A stretch of 64,000 nt of DNA from Oceanispirochaeta sp. GTDB lineage: Bacteria; Spirochaetota; Spirochaetia; DSM-2461. Each line of letters starts with the position of its first letter. Positions within the stretch are counted from its first letter, which is position 1. Shown here in pieces: positions 48,453-58,650 of the stretch. The stretch is taken from contig CAXXXD010000003.1 in the NCBI GenBank assembly GCA_963663385.2, forward strand, positions 832,001 to 896,000, given 5' to 3'. The notes below the pieces were generated by a model that saw only the letters and a program-made list of their open reading frames with translations, ran no database searches and was not told the origin of the DNA. The translations under genes were made by a program, and so were the position numbers.

Positions 48453-49209
48453 CTTTTACTTCCGCCTCCTTCAGTCGAAAATAGGCGGCTGCCCAGCAGG
48501 AAACAGGAATAATCCCCTGGAGAAGAATCCGCAGGGACGCTGCCAGTATTCTCCCGTCCATTATCCTGTGAGAAAGGAAAAAATCTGCAGCCAGACTGTT
48601 GAAATTCCCCTTCAGGAAACGGTACAGGAACATGTATCCCAGTCCCCCGCTGACCAGGCTGAGAAAAATCTGCAGGATGAACAGAGTCAGGATGGTTTTC
48701 AGGAAGTGATTTTTCCGGAACCAGGCTGCACCGAGAAAGAACAGGGGCTGAAGAGCCAGGTAGGCCTGCACCATATGCCACACAGAGATTCTGAAAGGGT
48801 TGAAGAAGGTCAGGGACTGTTTATATAGAATGGCATTGGCGATTCCTGTCAGAAGAGAACATATCCAGCAGGTTAAAGCTGAACCAATTATAATGCCCGC
48901 TGTTGAAAAGAGAAAGCGCACAAGGAATTTCTCAAAGGTTGAAGCCGGAAGCATGAGCCAGTTGTGGATGCTGTTACTGTTATGACGGTCTTTGAAAGTG
49001 GAGGAAGTTAAAATCAGCCCCGACAGGTACAGGATGCCTCCAAAAAATCCAAGAAAAAAATCGTTGGTCAGGTGCATGGATTTGCCAGCCAGCATACCGA
49101 TGAAAAGGCCGAATGCTGTGATCGTGGATGGAACAAGGATAAATTGCTTTCTTGTGAAAAAGAAATCTTTTCTGGCAATCAGATACACTCTTTTTGCATC
49201 AAAAATCAT
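48442..49209 (-). CDS. ABC-2-type permease
   Basis: About 6 TM helices, LMLPAS.FEKF motif, located in a ytr-like operon. Confidence 0.8.
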   Translation of the reverse strand: MIFDAKRVYLIARKDFFFTRKQFILVPSTITAFGLFIGMLAGKSMHLTNDFFLGFFGGILYLSGLILTSSTFKDRHNSNSIHNWLMLPASTFEKFLVRFLFSTAGIIIGSALTCWICSLLTGIANAILYKQSLTFFNPFRISVWHMVQAYLALQPLFFLGAAWFRKNHFLKTILTLFILQIFLSLVSGGLGYMFLYRFLKGNFNSLAADFFLSHRIMDGRILAASLRILLQGIIPVSCWAAAYFRLKEAEVKDGV

Positions 49210-50030
49210 TTTTGTAAACCTCCCAGGCTGACAGTAAAGTTAAAAAGAACTTCAAGGTCTAAAGCTGATTCATCTTCTTCGGGCGTTTTTTTTCTGACAA
49301 TAATCTGCCCGCCCGGTACGGTTTCAGCATAAAGCGCATCCTGCGGGATCTCTCCCCTGGGGATCTGCTCCATTACGTATTTCCGGCTGACTTCCTCCAG
49401 TGACGCATTCAGCATCATTCTGCCCTCATCAATGATAATCAGCGGATCAATAAGGTTTTCCATATCCCTGACCTGGTGTGTGGATATCAGAATAATCTGA
49501 TCCTCTCCCAGAGCGCTTGCCACGGTACGGCGGAACTGGGATTTTGAGGGGATATCAAGTCCGTTTGTAGGCTCGTCAAGGAGGAGAAGTCTGACCCCCG
49601 AGGCAAGACCGAAAGCCAATAAGAATTTTTTCTTCTGGCCGTAGGACATTTTTGTCAGTTTTTCCGGACTTTCCGGGAGTTCGAACTCCCGCATATACCG
49701 GCTAAATCTCTCTGTACTGAATCGCGGATAGAAAGGGCTCATCAGGTTTGCGTACTGTTCAATGCTCATCCCGGGAAGGGAGAATTCTTCAGGAATATAA
49801 AAAATATCAGATAGAAAATTCGGATCCCGTTCTGAAGGGATAAAATCCTGAACCCGTATTTCTCCCCATTTATGGTACAGTTCTCCGCTGATCAATTTCA
49901 GAAGAGTGGTTTTTCCTGCTCCGTTCCGGCCCAGAAGTCCGTAAATGTTTCCTTTGCTCAATTCAAGATTCAGTTTGTTCAAGACCGGTTTTTTACCGTA
50001 TTGAAAATCCAGTTCTGTAATCTTTATCAT
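49206..50030 (-). CDS. ABC transporter ATP-binding protein (YtrB-like)
   Basis: GRNGAGKTT, MSYGQKKK, LLDEPTNGLD, ISTH. Confidence 0.93.
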   Translation of the reverse strand: MIKITELDFQYGKKPVLNKLNLELSKGNIYGLLGRNGAGKTTLLKLISGELYHKWGEIRVQDFIPSERDPNFLSDIFYIPEEFSLPGMSIEQYANLMSPFYPRFSTERFSRYMREFELPESPEKLTKMSYGQKKKFLLAFGLASGVRLLLLDEPTNGLDIPSKSQFRRTVASALGEDQIILISTHQVRDMENLIDPLIIIDEGRMMLNASLEEVSRKYVMEQIPRGEIPQDALYAETVPGGQIIVRKKTPEEDESALDLEVLFNFTVSLGGLQK

Positions 50031-50048
50031 GTATATACCTCTATAGTA

Positions 50049-50095
50049 GTGTACTATCTAACTAGTACTGTATGATGCATAGGGCAGGTTGTCAA
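50049..50095 (-). promoter_or_regulatory. Promoter and YtrA-type operator of the ABC operon
   Basis: TTGACA-N17-TACAGT with GTACTA-N6-TAGTAC palindrome (50051-50068) at the -10/TSS. Confidence 0.7.
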
Positions 50096-50189
50096 TAGGC
50101 AGAATAGCCGCTTCAGAATAAAATTTAAATGGGGGAATAGACAACAGAGATTAGGACTGATAAATCGGGAAGAGGAATGGGGGGTGTTA

Positions 50190-50219
50190 TACAGGAGCTG
50201 AAGGTCTTCAGCTCCTGTA
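50190..50219 (-). terminator. Hairpin terminator after cimA
   Basis: TACAGGAGCTGAAG-GT-CTTCAGCTCCTGTA. Confidence 0.7.
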
Positions 50220-50229
50220 CAGGATGGGT

Positions 50230-51804
50230 TTACTGTTCAATAATAAAATTGTTGTAGTAATAATTTATAGCATCCAGAAGCGCCTCCCAGGACGCTTCAA
50301 TAATATTTTCAGAGACACCAACGGTGTCCCAGGTCTGCTCGTTGTCCGTATAGGTAATAAAAACGCGAACCCGTGCAGCTGTCGCATCCTCTGGATTGAG
50401 AACACGTACCCGATAGTCGGTGAGGTGGAGGTTTTTCAGAAAAGGGAAGCTGGGAATCAGAGCATCTCTTATGGAAGCGTTCAGAGTATCCACAGGACCT
50501 TCTCCGACAGCTGCGCCCATATGTTCAATACCCATGGCATTGAGGAAGAGCCTTCCTACGGTTTTACTTTTGCTTTCCATGGTTTTATAGGATTCCAGGT
50601 GATAATTCTGCAGAACAAACAAGGGAGTGAACTTTCCGAGGGCTTTGCGCATGATAACATCAAAGGAGGCCTCGGCAGCTTCGTATTCATAGCCTTCCAT
50701 CTCTTTCTGTTTAAGGCTTTTGGTCAGCTCATCGACAATATCGGATTTTTTATCGAATTCCCCGTACTTGGCCAGTTTCCGTACAATTGTGGATTTTCCG
50801 GCCAGTTCGGACAGAAGAATTTTTCGGGAGTTGCCGATGAGGGAGCTGTCGATGTGTTCCATCAGCTCAGGTGCTTTCAGAATTACATCCGCATGCTGCC
50901 CCGCTTTATGGCTGAAGGCTGCTTCTCCCACATAGGGCTGATTCTTCTCGGGGATGATATTGGCTTTTTCAGCACAAAACCGGGATAACTGGGTAAGATT
51001 AGCCAGATTTTCGCTGCAGCTCAGCTTTTTCTGCATTTTAAGAGACAGATTGGGGATGATCCCGCACAGATTGGCATTCCCGGCTCTTTCTCCCCATCCG
51101 TTTATTGTTCCCTGTACGTGAGTGGCTCCGGATTCAACAGACAGCAGGGTTCCTGCAATGGCAGTTCCAGTATCATTATGAAAATGGACACCGATAGGGG
51201 CAAGGTTTATGGATGACAGATCGCTTATAATTCTTGAAGCTTCCTGAGGAAGGGTTCCGCCGTTTGTATCGCAGAGCACAAGGCAGTCGGCGCCTGATTC
51301 AGTGGCTGTGTGAAGGATCTTCAGAGCATATTCCGGATTCCCTTTGTAACCGTCAAAAAAATGTTCCAGATCGAATATTATTTCCCGCCCCTCATTTTTC
51401 ATGTAGCGTATGGAATCGCTGATCATTTCAAGGTTTTCTTCCAGAGTTGTACCCAGAACCTGCGTTACATGGGCATCCCAGGCTTTTCCAACCACAACAA
51501 CCGTAGGGGTTTCAGCTTCAAGAAGGGCGTTGATATGGGCATCCTGAGCAGCGGAACTTCCAGGCCTTCTTGTAGAGCCGAAGGAGCATATTTTTGAGTG
51601 TTTCAGGTTAAGCGACCTAACTTCTTTAAAAAAGGCGGTTTCTCTTTCAGAAGCAAGAGGAAACCCTCCCTCAATATAATCAATTCCGAAATCATCCAGG
51701 AATTCTGCAATCTCCAGCTTATCCTTTAAGGTGAAGTTGATTCCTGTGCCTTGGGTACCGTCTCTTAGAGTAGTATCAAAAACAGCAATTTCAGATTTGT
51801 TCAT
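50230..51804 (-). CDS. cimA: Citramalate synthase
   Basis: DTTLRDGTQ, EHFFDGYK, LCDTNGG, HFHND, AF.HKAG.H, YEAAEASF, GVSENIIEASW. Confidence 0.92.
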   Translation of the reverse strand: MNKSEIAVFDTTLRDGTQGTGINFTLKDKLEIAEFLDDFGIDYIEGGFPLASERETAFFKEVRSLNLKHSKICSFGSTRRPGSSAAQDAHINALLEAETPTVVVVGKAWDAHVTQVLGTTLEENLEMISDSIRYMKNEGREIIFDLEHFFDGYKGNPEYALKILHTATESGADCLVLCDTNGGTLPQEASRIISDLSSINLAPIGVHFHNDTGTAIAGTLLSVESGATHVQGTINGWGERAGNANLCGIIPNLSLKMQKKLSCSENLANLTQLSRFCAEKANIIPEKNQPYVGEAAFSHKAGQHADVILKAPELMEHIDSSLIGNSRKILLSELAGKSTIVRKLAKYGEFDKKSDIVDELTKSLKQKEMEGYEYEAAEASFDVIMRKALGKFTPLFVLQNYHLESYKTMESKSKTVGRLFLNAMGIEHMGAAVGEGPVDTLNASIRDALIPSFPFLKNLHLTDYRVRVLNPEDATAARVRVFITYTDNEQTWDTVGVSENIIEASWEALLDAINYYYNNFIIEQ

Positions 51805-51850
51805 TTTGTCTTTTCCTTATACACGTTTTTTTGGTCCGACTTAGAAAGCG

Positions 51851-51879
51851 TTGCTAAATCATGCATTTAGCAATAAAAT
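51851..51879 (+). promoter_or_regulatory. Promoter with embedded palindrome (leaderless transcript likely)
   Basis: TTGCTA-N17-TAAAAT ending 6 nt before ATG 51886; TTGCTAAAT-CATGC-ATTTAGCAA. Confidence 0.65.
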
Positions 51880-51885
51880 AACCAT

Positions 51886-53583
51886 ATGCATAAAGATAAT
51901 GTATTTGACAGGCTTGTAAAAGACCTTTCCAGTGAAGATCGGTTGAAAATGATTGAAAAAATAGAGCAAAATATCCATGTCAATCAGGATCCTATCGATA
52001 TTAATGTTGAAAACGAGGTATCCTCAACTGTAGAAGAGCAATATAAGGTTCTGAATTGGTTGGAAAAGCTTGTAATATTTATTAAAATGTTATTTTTAAA
52101 GCAAAATAAGTATGAATTGACAAAAAAGTATATGTTACATGCTGTGGCAAGGCGGATTCAGTATATGAATTCACAGTATTTTAATGTAAAAAACGAATCT
52201 GTTACTCCCGAATTTTTCACTATAGTGTCAGATTTAGCTAAACTGGTAGGTCATATTAGAAAACCTCTTGAAGAATGTTTTAATAATGACAAAATGATGT
52301 TCTACCTTCTTCTTGGAAAACTGGAATTCCCTGAAGTGCATAATCTATTGGAGTCCGGATTGGATCCCTGGCGGATAAGTGAGGAGAATCCAACCATGGA
52401 TCCCCAGGATGTCAGAAAAAATCTGACCGAGGAGATGGAGTCTGTCATTATCCGTATAACGAAAAACGACAGAGTTAGAATGATGGAATCCACCAGGGTT
52501 CTCTATCAGATGTATCAGCTCAGTATTTTCCCTTTTCATCTGCTGCTCGGACAATTCCCGGCCTCTACGGAAGGAGGGGTTCTCCCCGCCGGTCTCTCTC
52601 TTGTTGCCAACTACTTAAATGAACTGGGCAGTATTCTGATGTCTTTCAACAAACCTCCCAGTATCAAACTGCTTGAAGCTGTTTTTCTTACGGATATGGC
52701 TAAAGAGGAAGACCGGGAAATGCCTATGGAAGAGAGTCTTAAAAACTCCATGGTAAAAACCGAGCTTCTGATAGGGCGAATCAGGGAATTTAACAGAAAT
52801 ATATACCTGCCTGATCTGTTGAAGCTGGTTAATGAGGATCCTTTCTTTGTTCCCGATGATATAGGCGGAGGGGAAGACTGGTTTCGTTATTATAACCAGT
52901 ACTGGCAGGATCTTATAGCTGAAAAAATGAAGAAGTATATCCGCAGGAGGGTTATTGATGCGGGTAAGAATGAACTTCTTCGTTACTGGGACAGGGCCGA
53001 TGTTCTCTCTCTGAACAACTATAACTCCCGGAATCCGAAAAATCGATACGCCGTATCCATAGCAGTACTGAACACATTTTTTAATGAGATCGTGAAGAAA
53101 GTCCTGTACTACCCCTTGCGGATTGTGCTGGTTGACGGTGAATTCTACAAAAAGAATAACCGCTCCGAATTTGAGGAGAAATTTGAAGCTATGATGAAAA
53201 TCGGGGACAGGATACGATGGTTTGAACACTACCTGGAACCCGATGGTGAGGGCGGGATGAAAATCAGGGATGCCATACATAAATCTGCAGGCAATGAATC
53301 TGTTGGTGAAGAGCTGCTGAAACCGATCTATGCACGGATCAATCAGGATGCCCTGATTATTCTGGAAGAATCGCTTCAGGTCTTTTTCTCCATGGGCAGG
53401 CTTCTTAATGGTATTGTTCTGGGGAACGGCGGAACCTATGATACCCTTGCCAATTTCTCCGATCTGGGCGGGAAGAGTAATGCCGAGCTGCGTGAATCCG
53501 TACAGAATTCAGCTGATCATATTCATAAACTCTCCTTCTCTCTGCAGGATATTTTGAATCAGGAAAAAGAGGATGATCTCTGA
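51886..53583 (+). CDS. Spirochaete conserved protein (DUF5312-like)
   Basis: FDRLV..LS.EDR..M, GGGEDWF, L.DGEFYKK.NR.EF, YDTLAN. Confidence 0.7.
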   Translation: MHKDNVFDRLVKDLSSEDRLKMIEKIEQNIHVNQDPIDINVENEVSSTVEEQYKVLNWLEKLVIFIKMLFLKQNKYELTKKYMLHAVARRIQYMNSQYFNVKNESVTPEFFTIVSDLAKLVGHIRKPLEECFNNDKMMFYLLLGKLEFPEVHNLLESGLDPWRISEENPTMDPQDVRKNLTEEMESVIIRITKNDRVRMMESTRVLYQMYQLSIFPFHLLLGQFPASTEGGVLPAGLSLVANYLNELGSILMSFNKPPSIKLLEAVFLTDMAKEEDREMPMEESLKNSMVKTELLIGRIREFNRNIYLPDLLKLVNEDPFFVPDDIGGGEDWFRYYNQYWQDLIAEKMKKYIRRRVIDAGKNELLRYWDRADVLSLNNYNSRNPKNRYAVSIAVLNTFFNEIVKKVLYYPLRIVLVDGEFYKKNNRSEFEEKFEAMMKIGDRIRWFEHYLEPDGEGGMKIRDAIHKSAGNESVGEELLKPIYARINQDALIILEESLQVFFSMGRLLNGIVLGNGGTYDTLANFSDLGGKSNAELRESVQNSADHIHKLSFSLQDILNQEKEDDL

Positions 53584-53713
53584 TCTCTCACGGAGGGGTG
53601 TTCATTGACTATTAAAAGGAATTCTGTTTAAATCCATTTAACGGAAAAGGTTGTTGACGGGATCCTTTCGGAGCCGGGAAAATAACCGACTCCTCCCCCT
53701 TGTGAGGCTGTAA

Positions 53714-55468
53714 ATGGATAATGTGAAAAGACAATGGATTAAAATAATTGCCGATGGACTGGCAAAGGCTGCCGAAGGCAAAGGAATTGAACTCGGTAAT
53801 ATTGAAGAGCGAATTATCGTGGAACGCCCCCCCCGGGCAGATATGGGAGATCTGGCTTTCCCCATGTTTCCCTTTGCAAAGGATTTTCGCGGTGCCCCGC
53901 CTATGATTGCAGGACTGGTGGCGGAAGCTCTTGGTGAGTTTAAGGCCGGATCGGTGAAAACCGTTGGTCCCTATCTGAATGCTTTTCTGGACAGGGGTTC
54001 CGTGGCTGCGGATCTTCTGAAAGATGTGGAGACCGAAGCTGAAAAATACGGGGAATCCGAACTATTAAACGGCCAGAAAATTATGGTGGAATTCTCCTGT
54101 CCCAATACAAACAAGCCCCTCCACCTTGGTCATCTCAGAAATGATGCGATCGGGGAAAGTATCTCCCGTATTCTGAAAGCTGCCGGAGCTGAAGTTAAAA
54201 AGGTGAACCTTATCAATAACAGAGGTGTTCACATCTGTAAATCAATGCTGGCTTATCAGAAGTTCGGGGAAGGCAAAACACCTGAAAGCAGCGGTATCAA
54301 GGGAGACCACCTGGTAGGGGAGTTTTATGTAAAATTCAATCAGTGGTCCAAAGAGGATGACACCGCTGAAGCTCAGGCTCAGGAAATGCTGCGTCAGTGG
54401 GAAAATGGTGATGAGAAAGTCCGGAAGCTCTGGGAAATCATGAACGGATGGACAATCGACGGTATTAATGAAACCTATAAAAATACAGGAATCTCCTTTG
54501 ATACCTACTATTATGAGAGTGAAACCTATCTTTCCGGACGGGATGAAGTTCTGAGAGGGCTGGAAAGCGGTGCTTTCTATAAGGATGAAGACGGCAGCAT
54601 CCGTCTGGATCTGTCGGATATCAAGATGGATACAAAGGTAATGCTTCGTTCCGACGGGACTTCCGTTTATATGACTCAGGATCTGGGAACAGCTATTGCC
54701 CGTCATGAAGACTATCCCTTTGACCGTCTTATCTATGTTGTAGGTGCCGAACAGGAGTATCATTTTAAAGTCCTGTTTCATGCTTTAAAGAAGCTGGGGT
54801 ATACCTGGGCTGATATGCTCTACCACCTGTCCTACGGAATGGTAAACCTTCCGGAGGGTAAGATGAAATCCCGGGAAGGTACTGTCGTAGATGCCGATGA
54901 TATCCTTGCCAAGCTTACAGAGATGGCTAAAGAGGAAATTATTGCAAAGGACAGGGCCGAAGCTGTAGGGGATGTTGATGAAACCGGTGGTAAGATAGCC
55001 CTTGCTGCTCTTCACTATTTTCTCCTTCAGGTATCCCCCTATAAGGATATGATTTTTAATCCGAAGGAGTCTCTCTCTTTTAACGGGAATACCGGGCCTT
55101 ATCTTCAGTATATGAGTGCCCGTATCTGCAGCATGCTCGAAAAATATGAAGCCCGTTCTGCAGAGTTCGAAGGCGCCGTAGTGGACAGCTCTCTTCTTGT
55201 CAGTGATGCGGAATGGGAGCTGATGAAACTCGTTTCCTCCTACCCGGCGCAGGTTAACCAGGCCGCTGCCGAGCTGAATCCTTCAGTAATTGCTGTTTAT
55301 CTATACGATACGGCAAAGGCATTCAGCCGTTTCTATCATGATTGTCCCATTTTAGGCAGCGGCGATAAAAATCTGACCTGTTCGAGGGTCGCTTTGACCA
55401 AAGCGGTGCTCCAGGTGCTCAAAAACGGATTTAATCTGGTTAATATCCCTTTTCTGAGTAAAATGTAA
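53714..55468 (+). CDS. argS: Arginyl-tRNA synthetase
   Basis: VEFSCPNTNKPLHLGHLRN, YVVG.EQ.YHF, KMKSREG, GNTGPYLQY. Confidence 0.97.
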   Translation: MDNVKRQWIKIIADGLAKAAEGKGIELGNIEERIIVERPPRADMGDLAFPMFPFAKDFRGAPPMIAGLVAEALGEFKAGSVKTVGPYLNAFLDRGSVAADLLKDVETEAEKYGESELLNGQKIMVEFSCPNTNKPLHLGHLRNDAIGESISRILKAAGAEVKKVNLINNRGVHICKSMLAYQKFGEGKTPESSGIKGDHLVGEFYVKFNQWSKEDDTAEAQAQEMLRQWENGDEKVRKLWEIMNGWTIDGINETYKNTGISFDTYYYESETYLSGRDEVLRGLESGAFYKDEDGSIRLDLSDIKMDTKVMLRSDGTSVYMTQDLGTAIARHEDYPFDRLIYVVGAEQEYHFKVLFHALKKLGYTWADMLYHLSYGMVNLPEGKMKSREGTVVDADDILAKLTEMAKEEIIAKDRAEAVGDVDETGGKIALAALHYFLLQVSPYKDMIFNPKESLSFNGNTGPYLQYMSARICSMLEKYEARSAEFEGAVVDSSLLVSDAEWELMKLVSSYPAQVNQAAAELNPSVIAVYLYDTAKAFSRFYHDCPILGSGDKNLTCSRVALTKAVLQVLKNGFNLVNIPFLSKM

Positions 55469-55594
55469 TTTCATGAACTGATCTGGCTGTAACAGCCGGA
55501 TCGGATCATCGGATAATTCTTGGCACTTGACCATCTTACGGGATAAATGGTATACCACCATAGTGCCAAAAAAATGATTGTTGAGGTTAAGTGA

Positions 55595-55909
55595 ATGTAC
55601 GCACTTGTAGAGATCAAAGGTAAGCAGTATAAAGCTGAAAAAGGCGCTGTGTTGAGAGTTGACAAGTTTAACAAGGAAGCCGGTGACAAAGTGGAATTCG
55701 ATTCCGTTCTGTTCCTTTCCGGAGAGGGCGAAGCCAAAGTTGGTGCGCCCTATGTGGAAGGTGCAAAAGTTACCGCTGTTGTTAAAGACACTATCAAAGA
55801 TAGTAAAGTCAAAGTCTTTAAATTCAAAAAAAGAAAAGGCTACAAAAGAACACAGGGTCACAGGCAGCAGTATACTCTGCTTCAGGTAGAGGAAATCCTC
55901 GGAGCCTGA
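55595..55909 (+). CDS. rplU: 50S ribosomal protein L21
   Basis: MYALVEIKGKQYK...GHRQQYT. Confidence 0.98.
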   Translation: MYALVEIKGKQYKAEKGAVLRVDKFNKEAGDKVEFDSVLFLSGEGEAKVGAPYVEGAKVTAVVKDTIKDSKVKVFKFKKRKGYKRTQGHRQQYTLLQVEEILGA

Positions 55910-55910
55910 G

Positions 55911-56249
55911 GTGATCAGGATTGTCCTTACCTTCGCGGATTCCGGTCTTCTTGAGACCCTGACATCCCAAGGTCATGCAAATAGGACGAATGACTTACTA
56001 AGCGAAGCTTGCGCGGGAGTCTCAATTCTGTTGAGAACCGCGGCAAGGCTTTTCAGCCATACCGACGGCTTGCATGTTGTCGGATCGGCTGATGAACCGG
56101 GGCATCTGGTACTGTCAGTAACAGATGTTTCCGACGGTTGTCTGGATTGGTATAGGGGAGCAGTTGATTATCTGCTTCTTGGCCTGCGGGATCTCGCAGA
56201 GGAATATCCGGGCAGTATTAAAATTGAATCAAACCTAAGGAAGCAATAA
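55911..56249 (+). CDS. prp: Ribosomal-processing cysteine protease Prp (YsxB/DUF464)
   Basis: Lies between rplU and rpmA; GHA and ACAGVS catalytic His/Cys; EEYP tail. Confidence 0.85.
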   Translation: MIRIVLTFADSGLLETLTSQGHANRTNDLLSEACAGVSILLRTAARLFSHTDGLHVVGSADEPGHLVLSVTDVSDGCLDWYRGAVDYLLLGLRDLAEEYPGSIKIESNLRKQ

Positions 56250-56506
56250 TGGCTCATAAGAAAGGTGGCGGAAGCTCCAAGAATGGTAGAGACTCCAATG
56301 CTCAGAGACTGGGTGTTAAAAGATTCGGCGGACAGCTTGTAAAAGCCGGAGAAATCCTTGTAAGACAGAGAGGAACAAAAATCCATCCAGGTGAAAACGT
56401 AGGTATCGGTAGAGATGATACTCTTTTTGCCAAGGAAACTGGTAATGTTCTTTTTCATGTTAAAAAAGGAAAAAAGCGGGTTTCTATCGTAGAAGCAGGT
56501 GAATAA
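56249..56506 (+). CDS. rpmA: 50S ribosomal protein L27
   Basis: [26 protein letters not shown]. Confidence 0.98.
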   Translation: MAHKKGGGSSKNGRDSNAQRLGVKRFGGQLVKAGEILVRQRGTKIHPGENVGIGRDDTLFAKETGNVLFHVKKGKKRVSIVEAGE

Positions 56507-56512
56507 GAATTC

Positions 56513-57499
56513 ATGCAGGGTTTTATTGATGAAACTCGTGTAGAAGTCTATTCCGGAGACGGAGGTGCTGGCAGTGTCTCCTTCCGAAGAGAAAAATATG
56601 TCCCCAAGGGCGGGCCTGACGGTGGTGACGGCGGGCGCGGCGGGGACGTTGTTTTTCAGGTTAAAAAAAATCTGAAAACCCTATCTCATTTGAATCACAA
56701 ACATGTCTTTAAAGGTAAAAACGGCGAAACCGGTAAGGGTAAGCGCATGCATGGTAAGAACGGCGAACCAGTCATTATTACTGTGCCTCCCGGCACTATT
56801 ATCCGGGATTACCAGACTGATGAGATTTTGAAAGACTTTTCCGAAAACATAGATGGAGAGGAATGGACATTCCTTAAAGGCGGCGAGGGCGGTCTGGGTA
56901 ACTGGCACTTTAGAACATCCCGGAAACAAACTCCCCGTTATTCTCAACCCGGAAAACCGGGGCAGTATGCTGAGTTGAAGCTTGAGCTTAATGTAATAGC
57001 CGATATTGGTTTTGTCGGTTTTCCTTCTGTAGGTAAGTCCAGTCTTTTAAAAGCGCTGACAAATGCCAATCCCAAGATTGCAGCATACCCTTTTACTACC
57101 AAGATTCCGAATCTAGGGATGCTCAGGCTTGGTGAGAAGGATGTTGTATTGGCGGATATCCCCGGGATTATTGAGGGCGCCTCTTCCGGACTTGGTCTTG
57201 GGATCCGCTTTTTGAAACATATTGCCAGAACAGCCTGTCTGGCATTCCTGATTGATCTGGGTGAACCGGATTTTACCGATACCTATGCGAAACTTCTTGT
57301 GGAACTGGAAGCTTATAATCCGGATCTTCTTGAGAAGAAACGTCTGATTATCGGTACAAAAATGGATCTGGAATGTGCAGAAGATAATCTGGCTGAACTG
57401 AGAAAAATGCATCCTGAACATGAAGTAATAGCTGTTTCCGTCTTTTCCCGCGAAGGGCTGGAGGATTTGAAACTTGCCATGCTTAAAATGGCAAAATAG
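56513..57499 (+). CDS. obgE: GTPase ObgE/CgtA (no C-terminal OCT domain)
   Basis: FRREKYVPKGGPDGGDGG, GFPSVGKS, YPFTT, DIPG. Confidence 0.96.
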   Translation: MQGFIDETRVEVYSGDGGAGSVSFRREKYVPKGGPDGGDGGRGGDVVFQVKKNLKTLSHLNHKHVFKGKNGETGKGKRMHGKNGEPVIITVPPGTIIRDYQTDEILKDFSENIDGEEWTFLKGGEGGLGNWHFRTSRKQTPRYSQPGKPGQYAELKLELNVIADIGFVGFPSVGKSSLLKALTNANPKIAAYPFTTKIPNLGMLRLGEKDVVLADIPGIIEGASSGLGLGIRFLKHIARTACLAFLIDLGEPDFTDTYAKLLVELEAYNPDLLEKKRLIIGTKMDLECAEDNLAELRKMHPEHEVIAVSVFSREGLEDLKLAMLKMAK

Positions 57500-57502
57500 T
57501 CA

Positions 57503-58075
57503 ATGAGGCTTGTAATATTGGGGGGGACGTATAATCCTCCCCATATCGGGCATATTGCCATGGCTGATTTTGTTCGAAGGAGTTGTTCCTATGACAAAGT
57601 CGTACTGGTTCCCTCTTTCCAACCGGCTCATAAAATAGTCTCCACAGGCATTACCCCGCAGCAGCGCCTGGATATGGCGCAACTGGCGGCAGAAGAGATA
57701 GAAAATGCCTTTGTTTCGGATTGTGAAATCCGTAGAGAGGGCGTTTCCTACAGTATCGAAACGGTTCGTTATCTCAAAGAGTATTACCGGCTGGATTCGA
57801 AGCCCGGTCTTGTAATCGGAGATGATCTGATAAACGGGTTTCCTAAATGGCATAAAGTGGACGAACTGGTTAATGAAGCTGATATTATCGTTCTTCATCG
57901 TGGAGAGGATTTCGAAATGGGTCTCCCTTTCCCTCATACTTATCTCAGCAATGATATGATACCAGTTTCTTCTTCCGAAATAAGACAGCGTGTGCGGCAG
58001 CGTCTTTCAATCAGTGAGTATGTTCCTCCTTCGATAGCAGAGTATATTTTTAGCCGGGGGCTTTATCTTGAATAA
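57503..58075 (+). CDS. nadD: Nicotinate-nucleotide adenylyltransferase
   Basis: GGTYNPPHIGH, PAHK, SYSIET, IG.D, VSSSEIR. Confidence 0.95.
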   Translation: MRLVILGGTYNPPHIGHIAMADFVRRSCSYDKVVLVPSFQPAHKIVSTGITPQQRLDMAQLAAEEIENAFVSDCEIRREGVSYSIETVRYLKEYYRLDSKPGLVIGDDLINGFPKWHKVDELVNEADIIVLHRGEDFEMGLPFPHTYLSNDMIPVSSSEIRQRVRQRLSISEYVPPSIAEYIFSRGLYLE

Positions 58076-58637
58076 CAGGGAAAAGAGTTTTTTTCTCGAT
58101 GCAGTACGCAATATGCTTCCGGAAAAACGATTCAGTCACTCTCTTCGCTGCGCGAACTGCGCTGCTGATCTGGCAGAAATATTTGAGGTGGATCAGGACA
58201 AAGCCTGGCTGGCCGGTTTGACTCATGATATCTCCCGCGGCCAGGAGAGAGAGACAATAAAAGAGTGGGCTGTTCTGGATAAGGGTTTTCTGACCGATTA
58301 TGAAAAAAAATATTTCAATGTTCTGCATAGTTATGCCAGTGCCTGGTATTTGAGGAATGAGCTGAAAATAGAGGATGAAGAGGTATTGAATGCTGTTCGC
58401 TTTCATACTACCGGTTCCCCCTGCATGGACGATCTGTCAAAAGTTGTTTTTGCAGCAGATTATATGGAGCCCGGTCGGGAGCATATGAAAAAGAAAGATC
58501 TTGATCTTCTGTCAAGCCTGCCCCTTGACCGTCTCATTCTGACTATACTGGAAGCTACCAAACACTATCTTGATAAAAAACATATACCTCTTGCACCGGA
58601 AAGCAGGGAGTTGTATCAAAAGCTGACAACACGGTAG
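58068..58637 (+). CDS. yqeK: HD-domain Ap4A hydrolase YqeK
   Basis: RFSHS, AGLTHD, LH, A.RFHTTG, ADYMEPGR. Confidence 0.9.
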   Translation: MNNREKSFFLDAVRNMLPEKRFSHSLRCANCAADLAEIFEVDQDKAWLAGLTHDISRGQERETIKEWAVLDKGFLTDYEKKYFNVLHSYASAWYLRNELKIEDEEVLNAVRFHTTGSPCMDDLSKVVFAADYMEPGREHMKKKDLDLLSSLPLDRLILTILEATKHYLDKKHIPLAPESRELYQKLTTR

Positions 58638-58650
58638 AATAAGATTACAT

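Noticed and set aside
53584..53713. T-box riboswitch upstream of argS
   Set aside because: Leader is too short and lacks the T-box antiterminator consensus and a terminator
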